Source: Octopus sinensis (Eukaryota). From it: a stretch of 64,000 nucleotides of DNA. The stretch spans positions 161,944,001 through 162,008,000 of the forward strand of contig NC_042997.1 in the NCBI RefSeq assembly GCF_006345805.1, read 5' to 3'. How positions within the stretch are numbered: the first letter of the stretch is position 1; each line of letters opens with the position of its first letter. The notes below the pieces were generated by a model. The model was not told where the DNA came from, made no database searches, and saw only the letters and a list, made by a program, of their open reading frames with translations. Both the position numbers and the translations under genes were made by a program. Of the stretch, positions 1 to 14,040 are shown in pieces.

Positions 1-424
1 GCAAGTCTCTTTCACGAAATTTTAGCACTGTTTAAAATATCAGGCTTCCAGTAGTGTTTGTCAAAAGTGGAGAGTCCTTACAAGAAAGGTATTTTCATAA
101 CGAAAATGGTTCATGGAAATTGAGACTATGAAATAGCTCCTTTCCCTGTAAATGGTTATTTTGACATTTAAGTGTATTTAAATATTATCAGATGTAGTGG
201 TCTTCATTTATAAAAGTGATTATGTGATGGCACAATCAAAATATCTAAAATTCAAAAAGTTAGGTCAAAAGTAAAATGAAGACATGTCATCTGTGCAAAA
301 GGAAACAGAATCTGTAGGACTAATTAAACTATAAATCATTGATAAAAAGAAAATACTGTAAAATTAGAGATCTTGGAGAACACCAGGCTTTGTAGTATAG
401 AGCAATGTGAAAGTGCTATCAATA

Positions 425-832
425 CATGCTGGGTAAAATGTTTGGTGGCACTTTGTCTGCCTTTAAACTCTGATTTCAAATTCTGCCAAGATCAACTTTG
501 CCTTTAATCCTTTCAAGGTCAATGAAATAAGTACCAGTTAAGTACTAGGGGTTCAAAATTTCAGGCTTTGTACCAATAATAGAAAGGATGGTTATTATTA
601 TTATTATTATTATTAAGGTGGCAAGCTTTCAGAATTACGAGAACATTGTATAAAATGCTTAGTGGCATTTCCTTTGAGTTTTTAGCTCTGAATTCAAATC
701 CTACTGAGGTCAACTTGCCTTTCATCATTTCAGAGTCGATAAATGAACTATCAGTCAGATACTGAAATCAATGTAATCAACTAATCCCCTCCCACTAAAA
801 TTGATGGCCTTGTGTCACAATTTGAAATCATT
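425..832 (+). mobile_element. Two adjacent decayed copies of the abundant SINE-like repeat (family A)
   Basis: Core TTCAAATTC..GAGGTCRACTTTGCCTTTCATCCTTT..ATAAGTACCAGT recurs in more than ten places in this window. Confidence 0.7.
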
Positions 833-3028
833 ATCACTACTGCTACTACTGCTATACAATAATAGTTTCATGACTGGAAATGAATGCATCCTATTGAGCA
901 GGTCTGTATAGGAATTTTGTACTCCACATTTTGTCAAAAGCTTCCTTTTCTAATAAGAAGTGCATCGGCCTTTGTTTTGCTGGATTGACAGTGAATTTGG
1001 TTTAACAAACTCCATTTTTCTGAATACTGAAAAGAACTGACATGATAAACACATATAATTTTTTTGAATATTGGAATCTTGCCAACCTATAAAAGTAAAA
1101 TCAACATGATACACAGCTAAAGTGCTTCTAAGGGCAGCAGCTGGGCAACACATAGTTCTTAGAATCAGACTGTTGAATGCTTATGTATATGAGGACATAT
1201 AATGAATTTATTGAGTTTATTATTTTTGCATATATTTTTGAAATTAGCTATTTAGAGCACTGTTTGAATTTTCCAGAAAATGTACCTCATCTGTTATGTT
1301 TCCACCAAGAGGAAACATACGAGAATAAAAGTCTGGAAAATAGAAACTACTAATTTTCTTTTCTTACTCTTTCTTCAAACTTTTCCTCATGAAGAATAGA
1401 CTAAAACTATTAAGAATAGGCTACAGTTTGGCTGAAGAATAATACGTATGTTTCTTACTTTATTGAAATAGTTATATTTTAAGGATCTAATCTTCATTTT
1501 TGTAGTAATTTCAAAGACTATATACTTCAGAAATAATATTATTAAATTTCATATCAAATTTGTGTTAAATTTTAGGTTGAATTCATGATGATTTTGGATT
1601 TTTAAACATTGGAAACTGTACCACAAAAAGTACAGAAGCAAATTCCAATATCATGCATTATATTATGAGAGAAAACTTAATAGTGCAATGGCAAAAGTGT
1701 GTGTGCTAAATAAGTAATGTCACAATGTGGGATAGTTATAAATAATGTGCCACATGGGTTCATCCTGTGCACAGCACTCAGCTTCTGGTTTATAATTGAT
1801 TCCAATTTTCAAAGTAATTATGCAAAATATTTTCTGGTGACACCAAAAATTACCGCTCAGTGTGTTGGTGGAAGGTTTTGATTTGGCTGCAAAAAGACAT
1901 CAACAAATTGATGGCATAAAGTGATACACAAATATTAAGGTTAGGTAAAACAACAATTAGAAAATTTATAGTCTTATTTAACACATAAATATGAGTAGTA
2001 TCAATCTCAGTAATTTGCAACATCGTTCAACAAAAACCGCAAATAAACTTAAATAAGCTTGAAATTAAAAAATAATTAAGCCTGTAAAACAAGTTGATCT
2101 CTAATATATATCTTATATAAACATGCATCTGAACTCACCTATTTCTTCATAAGTTTCAGTTTCTGAAATAAATAAGCATGACATTTATTAAGATGTTTTA
2201 AATTATAAATTTTATCAAATATGTACCCATATTTCATATTTTTAATGTGTAAATTAGTGCCAAAATTTATTTTGTCTGAAAATTTTACATCAGTACCCTC
2301 TACCCATTTCAAATAAATAATTTATTAATACTTAGATGCTTTGTTTTAGATTCCTGAAAATTTTAGCATCACTGGATCTAACAATTGTGAAAACTGCACA
2401 AACTAGATCCTCTAGAAAGTGCCACATAAATCAAGATCATAAACTCTTGACCCATTAACTATCAAGTTCTCAATAAAATGTATTAAAATTGAATGGAATT
2501 CATTTTTTTTTTAGCAAAACAAAAAATCATTTCAAAGACAAGGAAGATAATTATTGCTAAAACAAAACAACACAAATTTAGTATTACATAATATTTGAAT
2601 ATTAAAAATTAAATTTTAAATCATAAAGAAAAGATTTTAATAAAAACATAATGGCATATTTTCAAACAGAAAAGCCCAAAATAGAACATGAAGTCTTCTA
2701 CCTAACAATATATATTATTATAAAATGGTAAGTAAAAGTGAATATAATAGTGTATGAATCTACAATGATACAATTGTTTTAGTCTCAACACACTATCTCA
2801 GATCAAATATTGACTGTATAAATGCAACTCAATACTATATTTTCCCTTTGAGAAGACAAGTAAAAATTATTTATTTGCACCAACTTCTTAAGCACTGGAC
2901 TTCTCATGCAACTGGCTTATGGATAATATTCCAATATATTTTCAGGTTTTTAATTGTCACCACATGATATTTTTTTTTAAATCAGAAAAAATAGCATTTA
3001 CAAAACATAAAAAGAAAGAAATACACAC

Positions 3029-3295
3029 CTTCAACTAGTTTAGATGTAGTTGTAGAGACTGTTCCAGCCACACAAGTGTAATCTCCTTGATCTTCTACAG
3101 TAACATTGTTAATAATAAGTGTGTGCACTTTCTTATCTACTTTCAGTTCCATGCGATCATCAAGTTTTAATTCCGCATCATCTTTCAGCCAAGTTACTCT
3201 TATATTTTCCTTGGACATTTCACAAGTGAATATTGCTGTATTGCTCTCAGTGACCCTCACTTCACATAATTGCTTAGTAAATCGAAGAGTATCTT
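3029..3295 (-). CDS. Exon l (267 bp, phase 1-1): single, more diverged Ig domain; gene continues below coordinate 1
   Basis: atttttag|AA GAT ACT ... GAA G|gtgtgt. EDTLRFTKQLCEVRVTESNTAIFTCEMSKENIRVTWLKD...DQGDYTC. No stop codon is reached. Confidence 0.9.
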
Positions 3296-3360
3296 CTAAA
3301 AATTAAAAAAAAATAAGAAATATTTTAAAATATAGTTAATAATAATAATAATTATTATTA

Positions 3361-3395
<35 letters not shown>

Positions 3396-3398
3396 AGT

Positions 3399-4925
3399 AG
3401 GCTCAATGGAAAAACAAGATCAAAGCAATGAACACATGGGCTGTTTCTTTAATATGATATGGTGCAGGTGTTGTTAGGTGGACAAAGAATGAGCTTGAAG
3501 AAACAGACAGGAAAACCAGAAAAGTGACAAAAATCAACTAAGAACTACACCTGAAAAGCGATATATACACACTGTATATGCCTAAGAACAAAGGAGGAAG
3601 AAGCCTCATAGAATGCAAAATCTGTGATGTCAACGAAAAGAACAGTCTGGGATGGTACATCAAACAGCAAAAAAACAAGATAATAGGTATCAACACTCTA
3701 GCCATCCCAGTTATAAGTTAAGTATTCTTAACTGGACTCTAAATGAACTAATCAAAATAAACAGGAAATCAAGAAAAATAATGACAGGATTTAGGATGCA
3801 CTTCCCAAAATCTGACAGAAAATTTATGCAGCTAAAAAACTATTACAAAATAACTACCAAATAACAAATACAAATAGCAACAAAACATGAACAAAGCAAA
3901 AAACTGTTTTCAGTCTTTAAGGAAGCTGACAAATACAAAAAAGAAGTCAGAATACCTAACAGTTATGAACAAAAAAGAAGAAACAACAAAAGCTATAAAA
4001 CAACTGAAATCCAAACTAAAACTGGAACAGCAACAGTAACAGATCATGATGAAACGATGGCAAGAAAAGCTCCTTCATAGCAGATACTGGATTAAACTAA
4101 ACAGAAAAGAAATCGACAAAGCAAAATCCCAACAATGGCTGAGAAGCTCAGGACTCAAAGCAGAGACTGAAGGATTTTTAATTGCAGCGCAAGATCAAAG
4201 CCTTCCCACCCGAAATTACCAAAAATGTGTAATGAAAAGAAATACACATACAAAAGAATTACATTTTTAACTGCAGAATATGTGGAGATGGAGAAGAAAC
4301 AATAAATCAATTTGTCTCTGGCTGACCAATCCTAGCTAAGAAATAATATATTTGCAGACACGATAGAGTTGGGACCTATATATACTGGCAGCTATGCCAA
4401 CACTATGGAATAACAACAGAAAAAAGATGGTACAGGCACACACCAGAAAAGGTCACAGAAAATGAAAGAGCAACCATACTCTGGGATATGCCAATACACA
4501 CAGATAGAGAAATTAAGGCCAATAGGCTGGATATAGTTGTCATAGATCACCAAGAAAAAAATGCCTTCTAATCAATGTATCAATACCAACAGATGACAAT
4601 GTTTCTCTAAAAGAAACAGAGAAACTTCCAAAATACAAAGATCTGGAAATAGAGGTAACTTGAATGTGGAGTCTTAACACAGAAACAATTCCTATCATAG
4701 TAGACACATTAGGTATGATAAAAAAATATTCAGACAAATACTTAACAAAAACACCAAGACTATCAAGTATATATAACATACAGTAAATAGCACTACTAGG
4801 CACCACACACATCCTCTGTAAAACACTTTCAATACAGTGAAAATAAGAGCACAACAAAGCACAGCACATACCCAAGGCACACAGAGCTGCGCTCAGTAGT
4901 GCAGTGAAAGCATGTGATAAAAATA
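3399..4925 (+). mobile_element. R4/Dong-clade non-LTR retrotransposon, 3' fragment (decayed)
   Basis: Translates with stops/frameshifts to NKIKAMNTWAV...GGRSL, GLKAETEGFLIAAQDQSL, C..C...ETI..H/RHD zinc knuckle and ILWD..IHTD..IKANRLDIVV (restriction-like endonuclease). Flanked by TAA/ATT repeats. Confidence 0.85.
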
Positions 4926-5641
4926 AGACTACTTAATAATTATGATGATGATGATGATGATGATGACGATGATGATAATCACCATCATCACCAGGAGGAT
5001 TATTTTCACATCTACTTTTTCATGTTGATATGGGCTGAATGTGACATCCTGAAGCAGTATAGTATAACCAGATGTCTTCAGAAGACAAACCTTATTTTTG
5101 TTTTAAAGTAAAGTATTTTATTCTATCTCTTCACATGCTAAACCACCAAACTGCCAGACTATTCAACATTTCTGCACTCCAAAGTGCAGTAATATGAAGA
5201 TATGGTGAGATTAACACACAAGCCCACAGTTGTGTATCATGAAGTTCCATTCAGAAAGCATTAATCAACTTGAGGATAAAGTTGCCCTAGAAGTTATGAA
5301 GTGTGATTGAATTGAAAACCACAAGAAAGTAGATTTCTTAAGTACACAGCCATGTTTGTATCAATAAGCTGATCTAAAAAATGTTCTCTTTTGTAACAGA
5401 GTACAAGATTTTTATTGAGTAACATGTTGAAATTGTTTTACTGAAATTATCAAATTCTGTACAGTAAATTACCATGACTGTCCATATTGTATACATCCTG
5501 ATTATTTATCTTAATTGTTGACAACATCAATGGTGAAAGAGATGAGTGGTGGAGTCAAAGGGATAACAGTTTTGAGAGAACAAGAAATAAAGAATGATAT
5601 AAAGATGTATTCAATAACCTTCTATTAAAATAACAACTTAC

Positions 5642-5905
5642 CTTCTACAGTCAAATTGGATTCTGTATATAATTCTCCAACAAAACATTTATATTCAGCT
5701 GTGTCTTCATCTGTAACATTTTTTATTCTAAGTTTATGAACTTTTCCTTCATTGATGATTTCTGTTCTTTCATCACTTGTTATTTCTAAGCCATCCTTTG
5801 TCCACACAACCTCAACGTTTTCAAGTGATTCACAAACTAATTCAATTGTTTCATCTTTAAAGACTCTCTTATCAGTTAATTTCTTTGAGAATGCTATTTT
5901 CTTTT
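5642..5905 (-). CDS. Exon k (264 bp, phase 1-1): single, more diverged Ig domain
   Basis: aattacag|AA AAG AAA ... GAA G|gtaagt. EKKIAFSKKLTDKRVFKDETIELVCESLENVEVVWTKDG...DTAEYKC. Confidence 0.92.
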
Positions 5906-7934
5906 CTGTAATTAAGTTAAAATTTTAATTAATATAAAATTTTAAAGAATTATTCTGAAAAGTTAACTACAGGAACACTTGCATTACAAGAGTATCCTGG
6001 AAAATGCAAAATCCTGTAACACAGAATCCTATAATGCAAAATTAATTTTCCCATTGATTTTCATGTTATAAAATGATAATGCCTTCCAACAAATAATTTC
6101 AAATAAACATAAAAGGGAAAAACAAGTAAAATGACTACTTTTATGCATGACAATAACAATCTCTAATAATAGACAGTACAATATGAATACATAAAAGCAT
6201 TTAAAGTGAAATATGTTAAGGAATATATAAGAAATGTCTTGCACCCATATTCTATTACATTTAATACCCAGCTGTTCTCTCAGTTCACTTTTACAGTCCC
6301 TGTCTCATTAGAGTAAAATACTACACACTTTGTGTATGTTTCAAACCATCTTCCTTTCATATAGAGTGAAACTCTCTTGCTAACAAAGACAACCTCTTCC
6401 TATTCTAGTAGTTTCTGCTCCAAATAGCTGTTGTTCGTATTATAATCAACTATCAACTATAATTAATAAGCTGACTGAGCAGTTTAGGAACTTCATTTCA
6501 TACATGTTCCAATCATTAATTATTCTATGCATTTGTTGTATCTGAAGTTCTTTTTTTTTTATTTCTTGTATCTGAAGTTCTACCAAATTCCTAATATCGT
6601 TTTTGCACATACTCTTTGGTGTGTCTGCATTCCTCAGCTTCTACTCACTCCTTTTTTATGTATATTACTAGAATACAATCCGCACTCCATGTGGACTTTT
6701 AAGCTTGCTCCTGTGGAGGGTTAATTCGGCCTGCAGCCCAAAACTAAAGATAGTAATAATAATAAAGCATTTATTGGTACCCTACCAATATGGTATTACT
6801 TTGAATTCAGTTTCAATGAAAAACTTGTGTATTTTTGGACTTCTTCTAAAATTTGAATTTTCAACTTTTAGCATATAACAAATCCTAGCCAGACCTGATC
6901 CCAATGCTGGATGTTCAAGAACCAAATGAAGGGCAGATTTTCAATCCTGGGATCATCCTGATTCCAAAAAGATATAATATGTCTATGTAGAACAAATGTA
7001 GACTGAGATACAGGGGTCGTGGTCAGAAAGACAGAATTTCATGTTTATTATTATAGAAGTAAGGAAACTTCCCAAATTTCATGCTCTCTATTAGTAACAC
7101 TTTAGTCTTTAACATTTAGTCCTTTGAATCCAAGATTGTGCTTTTGAATCATGAACTTTTTCTGTAACTCTGTAGCTCTCAACTGGTTCTACTCTGAATA
7201 CCAGATCATTAACATATAAAAGTTACCAAAAATAACTGGGATGAACTCTTTATAAATTCAAGAACTTTAATGAATGGTCAGGTGCAGAGGTCAGTACCCT
7301 AGTGAATACCCACCTACATTATTATTTGTTAGTAAATTAAATTATGTTTTGCATTTGCTGCTAAATTATCATCTTCATTATTTACCTTATTTTTTACCAA
7401 GTGAAAAAAAAATATCAATTAAATCAATTATCACAAATGATAATAATGTAATTATTGATGAACTACAAGTAATATTTCCATCATTAGATACATTTTACAG
7501 CTCTATAAATATTTGCAATATTTTCTGCAGAAGAATATTCAAGTTGATTTTCTAATGTAAAACTATTTTATGATTTTTCTTTTCACTGAAAACTTCCCCC
7601 TTTTCATCAAGCTTCAATTTTGCTGAGTTTTTTCTTTTTTTTTTTTCTTTACTAGATTTCAAAATTTCTATAAAGAAAAAAACTAATTAAAAACATTTAT
7701 AGGTGAATGCCATTTTGATATACTAAGCTTCCTAAACCATCTGCTTGTTTGTAGTTAGAAATCATTTAATAATTGTGTTTTTCTTTTTTTTTTTAGTTAT
7801 TTATTTTATCTGTCAGCAAATAATTAAAACAGCAATTTTTATCTGGTATGGAATTCAAAGTATTTCTAAAAATACAAATATCTTTTTTTTTTTCATATGT
7901 AAATTTAAACTTGATTGAAAAGAAAACATCATAC

Positions 7935-8201
7935 CATGTACAATCAACTTTGCTGTAGTTGCAATACCATCTACAACACAAGAGTATTCTCCAGTATCTT
8001 CCATATTAACATGGTTTATAATAAGTTTGTGAAGTCTTCTGTCAGTTGATGTCTCAATTCTGTCAGTGTCAGTCAGTTTCTCACCATCTTTCAGCCAAGT
8101 AACTAAAACATCATCTTGAACAGAAACACATGTAAGAATAGCTATTTGTCTTTCATCTACTGTGAGACATTTCAACTTCTGTGAAAAACCAGCTGTCATT
8201 T
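7935..8201 (-). CDS. Exon j (267 bp): single Ig domain, paralog 6 of 6
   Basis: tgttacag|AA ATG ACA ... CAT G|gtatga. EMTAGFSQKLKCLTVDERQIAILTC...W...DTGEYSC. Confidence 0.93.
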
Positions 8202-8832
8202 CTGTAACATAAATAAGAATTTATATTTAAATACTTTTATTCAATTCAAAGGTACATCTAAGTATACTTACATACATAGTAATAAATTATATTAGAGTAA
8301 TTAGTAATCAAGCAATGATAGAATATGAGAAATGCTCATTTCATTAATTCCATGATTCTAATTTACAGCACCTTTCTCAATAAATGATCCACAGATGATC
8401 AAATGAGTACTTTCCAGACTACAAATCAAAGAATTGTAAATTCATATTCTATCAGCTGTTAATATCAATAATAAACAGCTGAATTCATGGAGTTGTAAAT
8501 AGCTTCTAAATGGGTGAACAATTACTACTATACACAGGATGAGCAATGTAAGAACCTATCTTTTATCAACTTAGAGAACTGAATTCAAATCTTAATGTGA
8601 CTATAACTATAGAACTGAGGAAATCTGAAAGGTGATATGCTAGTTACACTAAATGAAATAATATGCTTATCACACACATACCTAATGAGTATAGAATAGA
8701 TGTAAATGGGCTGGTCATGTAAGTTACTAGACTTTAATAATTTGGGTTTATCAATAGCATGGAAGTTTTTGTTCTGCATCTAGTCAAGACATATTTTTAC
8801 ATATCCAAGTTAAACTACGAGGAAAACAAATA

Positions 8833-10123
8833 CGAGGGACGTTCAATAAGTAATGCCCCTGACCCACTTGCAGTTGTTGGATCTAGCTGAAATTTTGCAT
8901 GTGCAATTATTTATATCTCTATAGAGTAAGTGGCAAATTACAGCTCTGAATTAATTGTGGTTTCTGATTTACAGGTGTTTGAACCGAGTCAAGTGTGAAA
9001 TGGAGCCTGTTGAGTGTTGAGCAGCGATCCGGTTTTTGTATTTGAAAGGACGCACACCACGGGAGACTTTTGATGAAATGAAAGTAACTTATGGTGATGA
9101 TGCCCCATCATATGACCTTGTAAAACGCTGGCATCGTGAATTCAAACATGGTCGGAACTCTGTGGAAACAGCTCCCAGATCTGGTCGCCCCTTCTGCCAT
9201 TGATGAGGCATCTGTCCGTCAAGTTGAGGCTGCCATTTTGGAAGATCGACGCATAATTATTCGCCAAATAGCCCATAAAGTCAAGATTAGTACCGGGTCT
9301 GTGGAAACTATCATTCATGACCATTTGCATATGCAAAAGGTGTCTGCCAGATGGATTCCCAGGTTGCTCACGCCTTTCCAGAAGCAAGAACGCGTCGAGT
9401 GCTCGAGGGTGAATTTGGAGATGTGCCAAGAAGATGAGTCAAAATTTTTCAAAAGACTGATTACACAGGATGAAACCTCGGTCCATCACGATGATCCAGA
9501 GACCAAAGCCCAGTCAATGCAGTGGAAGCACCGTGACTCACCCCCTCCAAAGAAGGCAAGGGTGCAGCCCTCCGCTGGCAAGGTCATGCTCACAGTCTTC
9601 TGGGACCAGGACGGAGTAGTGATGACAGATTTCCTGGCAAAGGGTACCACAATTGCAGGAGCCTATTATGCTTCACTTTTGAGGAAATTAAGAGAAGTTA
9701 TCAAAATCAAGAGGCAGGGCAAGATCAGCAAAGACATCCTCCTCCTGCAAGACAACGCTCCGGTCCACAACTCGCTTGTCGCCAGATCAGAAACACAGGC
9801 GTATGGCTATGAACTCCTCCCCCATCCCCCTACTTTCCTGACCTTGCACCCTCTGATTTTCACCTCTTCCCAGTCATGAAGTTGTTTTTGAAAGGAAAGC
9901 GTTTCCCAGATGATGCAGCCTTGATTTCTGAAGTCACGTTCAGGTTGGAGGACCAAGCTGGGGTCTTCTACAAAAACGGTCTCCAGAGCTGCATCAAACA
10001 ATGAGAGAAATGCATAACTCTGGGTGGTTTCCTATGTAGAAAAAGACTAATAACTGTGCCAAGTTTCGTTGCTCTACTGCTATGGGAAGTGGGTCAGGGG
10101 CATTACTTATTGAACTCCCCTCG
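8833..10123 (+). mobile_element. Full-length mariner (DD34D, irritans-like) transposon, 1291 bp, TA target-site duplication
   Basis: Near-perfect ~37-bp TIRs (CGAGGG..GTTCAATAAGTAATGCCCCTGACCCACTT), TA at 8831-32 and 10124-25. Transposase starts at ATG 9000 with WIPRLL, TQDET, QDNAP and HPP-Y-PDLAPSD. An early TGA, two frameshifts and a late TGA inactivate it. Confidence 0.95.
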
Positions 10124-10380
10124 TATAAGGTTCTGCTGAAAAGTTACTATTGATAAACTGGAGCAAAATTCCATGCTGCATCTCTTTGTCAGTGAACAGG
10201 TCGCGGTCTCAAAGCAACAAAAATATTTCGACAAATTAAATTTAAATGTTGAAGTGAATCTAACGGTTTTCGTGTTTCTTAAATGGCTTATAAACACTTT
10301 CCATGCTGCAATTTTTTCATTTCAGCACACGATCTCAGGTCACTTGTTATGCAAGTACATCTCCGTAAAATATATATATA

Positions 10381-10870
10381 TGGTTCAAAGACAATGATGT
10401 CAACGTTCTAGAATAGCCAAGTCAGAGTCCTGACCTGAATTCAATCGAGAACTTGTAGGGAGACTTGAAGACCAGAGTGATGGCTAGGAAACCGATCAAC
10501 CTGGTCCAACTCAAGGCTTTCACCCAGGAAGTGTGGTGCAACATGCCACAGGAGATATACAGGAAGCTTGTGGACATGTACAAGAATTGTCTAGAAGCAG
10601 TCATAAAAAGCAAAGGCTATGCTATTGACTATTAAAGAAAGCTATTGGACTCAATAAACCTAGGATATGAATAATTTTGAACATGGCATTGTTTGAATAT
10701 CCATGAATAAAATATCCCTGAAATGAAGAATTTCTTGAATTGTGCATTGTTGTTATTCTTTCATTGGTTGGTCACATATAGCTCATAAGCAAAATTGACA
10801 AAATGCATTCAACACAAAAGTAAAAAATCACACAAATTAACAAGGGTATGAAAAATTTTGAGGACGACTG
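10381..10870 (+). mobile_element. Tc1-family transposon, 3' remnant
   Basis: WFKDNDVNVLE*PSQSPDLNSIENL...KSKGYAIDY*, followed by a right end ...GAGGACGACTG|TA. Confidence 0.85.
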
Positions 10871-10912
10871 TATATATATATATATACACACAATGTGTGT
10901 GTGTGTGTGTGT

Positions 10913-10948
<36 letters not shown>

Positions 10949-11413
10949 TGTGTGTGAATAATAATAAGAAGCAAATAAATACTATGAATAAGAATGAAAA
11001 AATTTACATTCCATGTCATATTATAAGCTTTATTGAGTAGATATAGATTTTGAATTCTTTCTGGACTTGAATTTATCCTGACTATAAGAAAATGATTTTT
11101 TCTGTTGGGTGGCAATAGGTGTAATTTTTTCAGGTGAGAATTTTAATCATTTCGTTTAATTAATTCTCAAAAAGAAAAAAACTTAGAATGCCAGAAAACT
11201 TAAAATTCCAGAACCTGTTTCTTGCATGTTAATTGTTCAAAACCTGTTGCCTAAAATTGTCTCCAGTTAATATATAAAGCAACTAAACATTCTGCTGGAG
11301 AGCAAATAAACAGCAACCAATTAAATTTACATTTTTAAATCATTTTGCAGTAATTTATAATATTAATACATTTTCTCTTAAAAATATTTGAAATAAATCA
11401 ATTTTTCACATAC

Positions 11414-11680
11414 CGTTTACTTTCAGTTTGGCTTTGGTTGCAACACCATCCACAACACAAGAGTATTCACCAGTATCTTCTGCATTAACATGTTTTATTA
11501 TAAGTCTTTGAAGTCTTCCATCAGTTGTTGTTTCAATTCTTTTGGTTTCCTTCAAGATCTCACCATTTTTCAGCCAAGTAGCTAAAACATTACCTTGAAC
11601 AGTGACACATGTAAGAATGGCCATTTGTTTCTCATCTATTGCTAGATCTGTCAACTTTTGTGAAAAACCAGTGGTTATTT
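11414..11680 (-). CDS. Exon i (267 bp): single Ig domain, paralog 5 of 6
   Basis: ttttgcag|AA ATA ACC ... AAC G|gtatgt. EITTGFSQKLTDLAIDEKQMAILTC...W...DTGEYSC. Confidence 0.93.
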
Positions 11681-13342
11681 CTGCAAAATTTATATGGGAT
11701 ATAATTAATATTTTGTATTTCAATACATAAATGTATGCATAATAAACAAAATTTAAGAAAACTTAACAGATTTATATCCTAGAAAACAGTATATTTTGAA
11801 ATGGATACACTCCCATGAAAACATGAAGAACATCTAAATGGATAATATGATTTTCTTTCATTAATTTCTTTGTGGAAACACCTGTTTTTAAAGAAAATTA
11901 ACAACTGTAATTATAAAATAACAGATGTTAATTTTATTATAATCATGGTTAAATATCTACTTTTTCCTACAGTTATAAAGCTGAAGCTATTTATATGTTC
12001 CTAACTTATGAGACCTAACTTTCTATGGTGTGTTCTGACAACAATATCATTGAGCTTTTTTTGAATATTGTTATTAGATTAAGTTTGCCCATATACCATT
12101 TTCAGTGTTATATCTACACTTTTCAAATATACTGCATATGGCCATTTCTAATTTATCACTTGTGAATGCAATCACTAACGCATTAGTTTTTTAATATGCC
12201 TCTAATTCAAAATGCTGTTTCTGTATTACATATTTCGCATAAACTGATACTGACACAGGTATGGCCCCATAGTTTTCGAAGCTTATTTCCCAACTATGCA
12301 GCTCCAGTTCAGTCCCACTGCACAATATCTTGGGTGGTGACAAGAAGAGCATCTGGCTGTAGAAAACCTTCTTCAATAAATTCTGTCTAACCCATGAAAA
12401 ATTGAATTATGTTAATCATTAACATAAAATTATGTTAATGATTCAAAAAGGAAAACAAGGATAGCTGCATACCAAAACTTGATACACTTAGGTGAAACAA
12501 TAGGTTTCAAAAAGAAATACTGATTGATTTATAGGTTAAGCTATATGTTCTTCAATAAATATACCACAAACCTTGACCTAGGTTTCATTGCACTAAATTT
12601 TATATCACCAAAAGTGCTTGCAAATCTACAGAATGTGGAAAATTGTTTTTGTTTTCACTAATATAATGCTATCTCTAATCTCCCAGGTACTCAGTCATTT
12701 TGTGAAGTATTATTCGGTAACCTAGAACAAGTATAAGTCGGTCCATTCACCTTAACAGTATAAGGCAACAGCCTTGCTTTAACTGCTTTAACTAACTTTA
12801 GGATAAGAGTCATTAATTTAAGTCTCCTATAATTTCTTTTGTGAAGTACAGCATTTCTCATAGAGGGAGTGTAGATCTCTCTAAATGAGTAAGGATTGTA
12901 AGGAGAGCTGGGGCAGACAAATTACTAAAATTAAAATAGTTTAAAATTTTTTTTAGCATGTCCAGCACCATAGAAAAAAAGAAACATCCTATGGATGCTA
13001 ACTCTGTTTTGTCTACTCATTAATAAAAAGGTATACTATTTTTGTAGGAGTGTCAGGTATTAACCATTTGCAGAACTACTGGTTATAAAACAACAGGAAT
13101 GTCATTATAGAAGTTAATAATAAGTTTGCTGTGTCAATCATCTAGAGCAGAATTTTATATATATTATATTCAGCTTAAACAAATATGGTAATGGATTTCT
13201 CTATTTGTTGCTTTTAAGGGTTAGATTATTGAACACTGAAAACTGGTGTTTTAGCTTAAATGTAAATTTCACTACTTTTACTGACATAAAGTTAATAATT
13301 TTACTAATATGAAAATACTTTTTAAAAACAATGTCAACATAC

Positions 13343-13609
13343 CATTTACTTTCAAGTTTGCTTTAGTGGAAATATCATCCACCATGCAAGAATACTCTCC
13401 AGTATCGTCAGCAGTAGTATGTTTTATTATAAGTTTATGGAGTCTTCTATCAGTTGTCATCTCAGTTCTATCAGTTTCCTTCAACTTTTTGCCATCTTTC
13501 ATCCAGGTAACCATGACATCATCCCGAACAGAGACACATGTAAAAATAGCCATCTGTCTCTCATCTACTGTGACACTTGTCAATTTTTGTGAGAATCCTT
13601 TGGTCAGTT
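13343..13609 (-). CDS. Exon h (267 bp): single Ig domain, paralog 4 of 6
   Basis: atttcag|AA CTG ACC ... AAT G|gtatgt. ELTKGFSQKLTSVTVDERQMAIFTC...W...DTGEYSC. Confidence 0.93.
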
Positions 13610-13871
13610 CTGAAATATAATACAATTATTATTCCAGTGAAAAACAATATAATTGCTCTAAAATCAAAAAGTGTTCTTCAATGTATTTATGTTTATGTGT
13701 ACTATGATACATAACTATATAAATATAATTAAGAGATTGTAAATCATTTACTTCTTAATACAGAATTCCTATTAGTTTTTTGCTGCACAACAATGGATTC
13801 TACTGATCATGAAAAATTCTTTTATGATTAGATGGTACATATGGTATTAATAAATGCTTCTAATTAACACA

Positions 13872-14040
13872 CCAGCAATTTTTGAGGAAGTGCGTTAGTT
13901 GATACCATCAACTCCCATAGTCAGTTTCAGAGTTGATGAAAGACAAAGTTGACCTCAGCAAGATACAGATTAAGAAAATAGTCATAACTAAATACTGCTA
14001 AGCATTTTGTTCAATGCTTTAATGATTCCGCCAATTCATC
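13872..14040 (-). mobile_element. SINE family A copy (decayed)
   Basis: Reverse complement of the family A core (GATGAAAGACAAAGTTGACCTC...GCTAAGCATTTT). Confidence 0.6.

Noticed and set aside
950-1153. 67-aa minus ORF as the next Ig exon after exon l
   Set aside because: Lacks the Ig C/W/D-x-G-x-Y-x-C pattern and ends in a stop without a donor.
13309-13620. Plus-strand ORFs opposite Ig exons (also 3106-3306, 22230-22451, 26753-27007)
   Set aside because: Antisense shadows of real minus-strand exons, with no independent coding signal.
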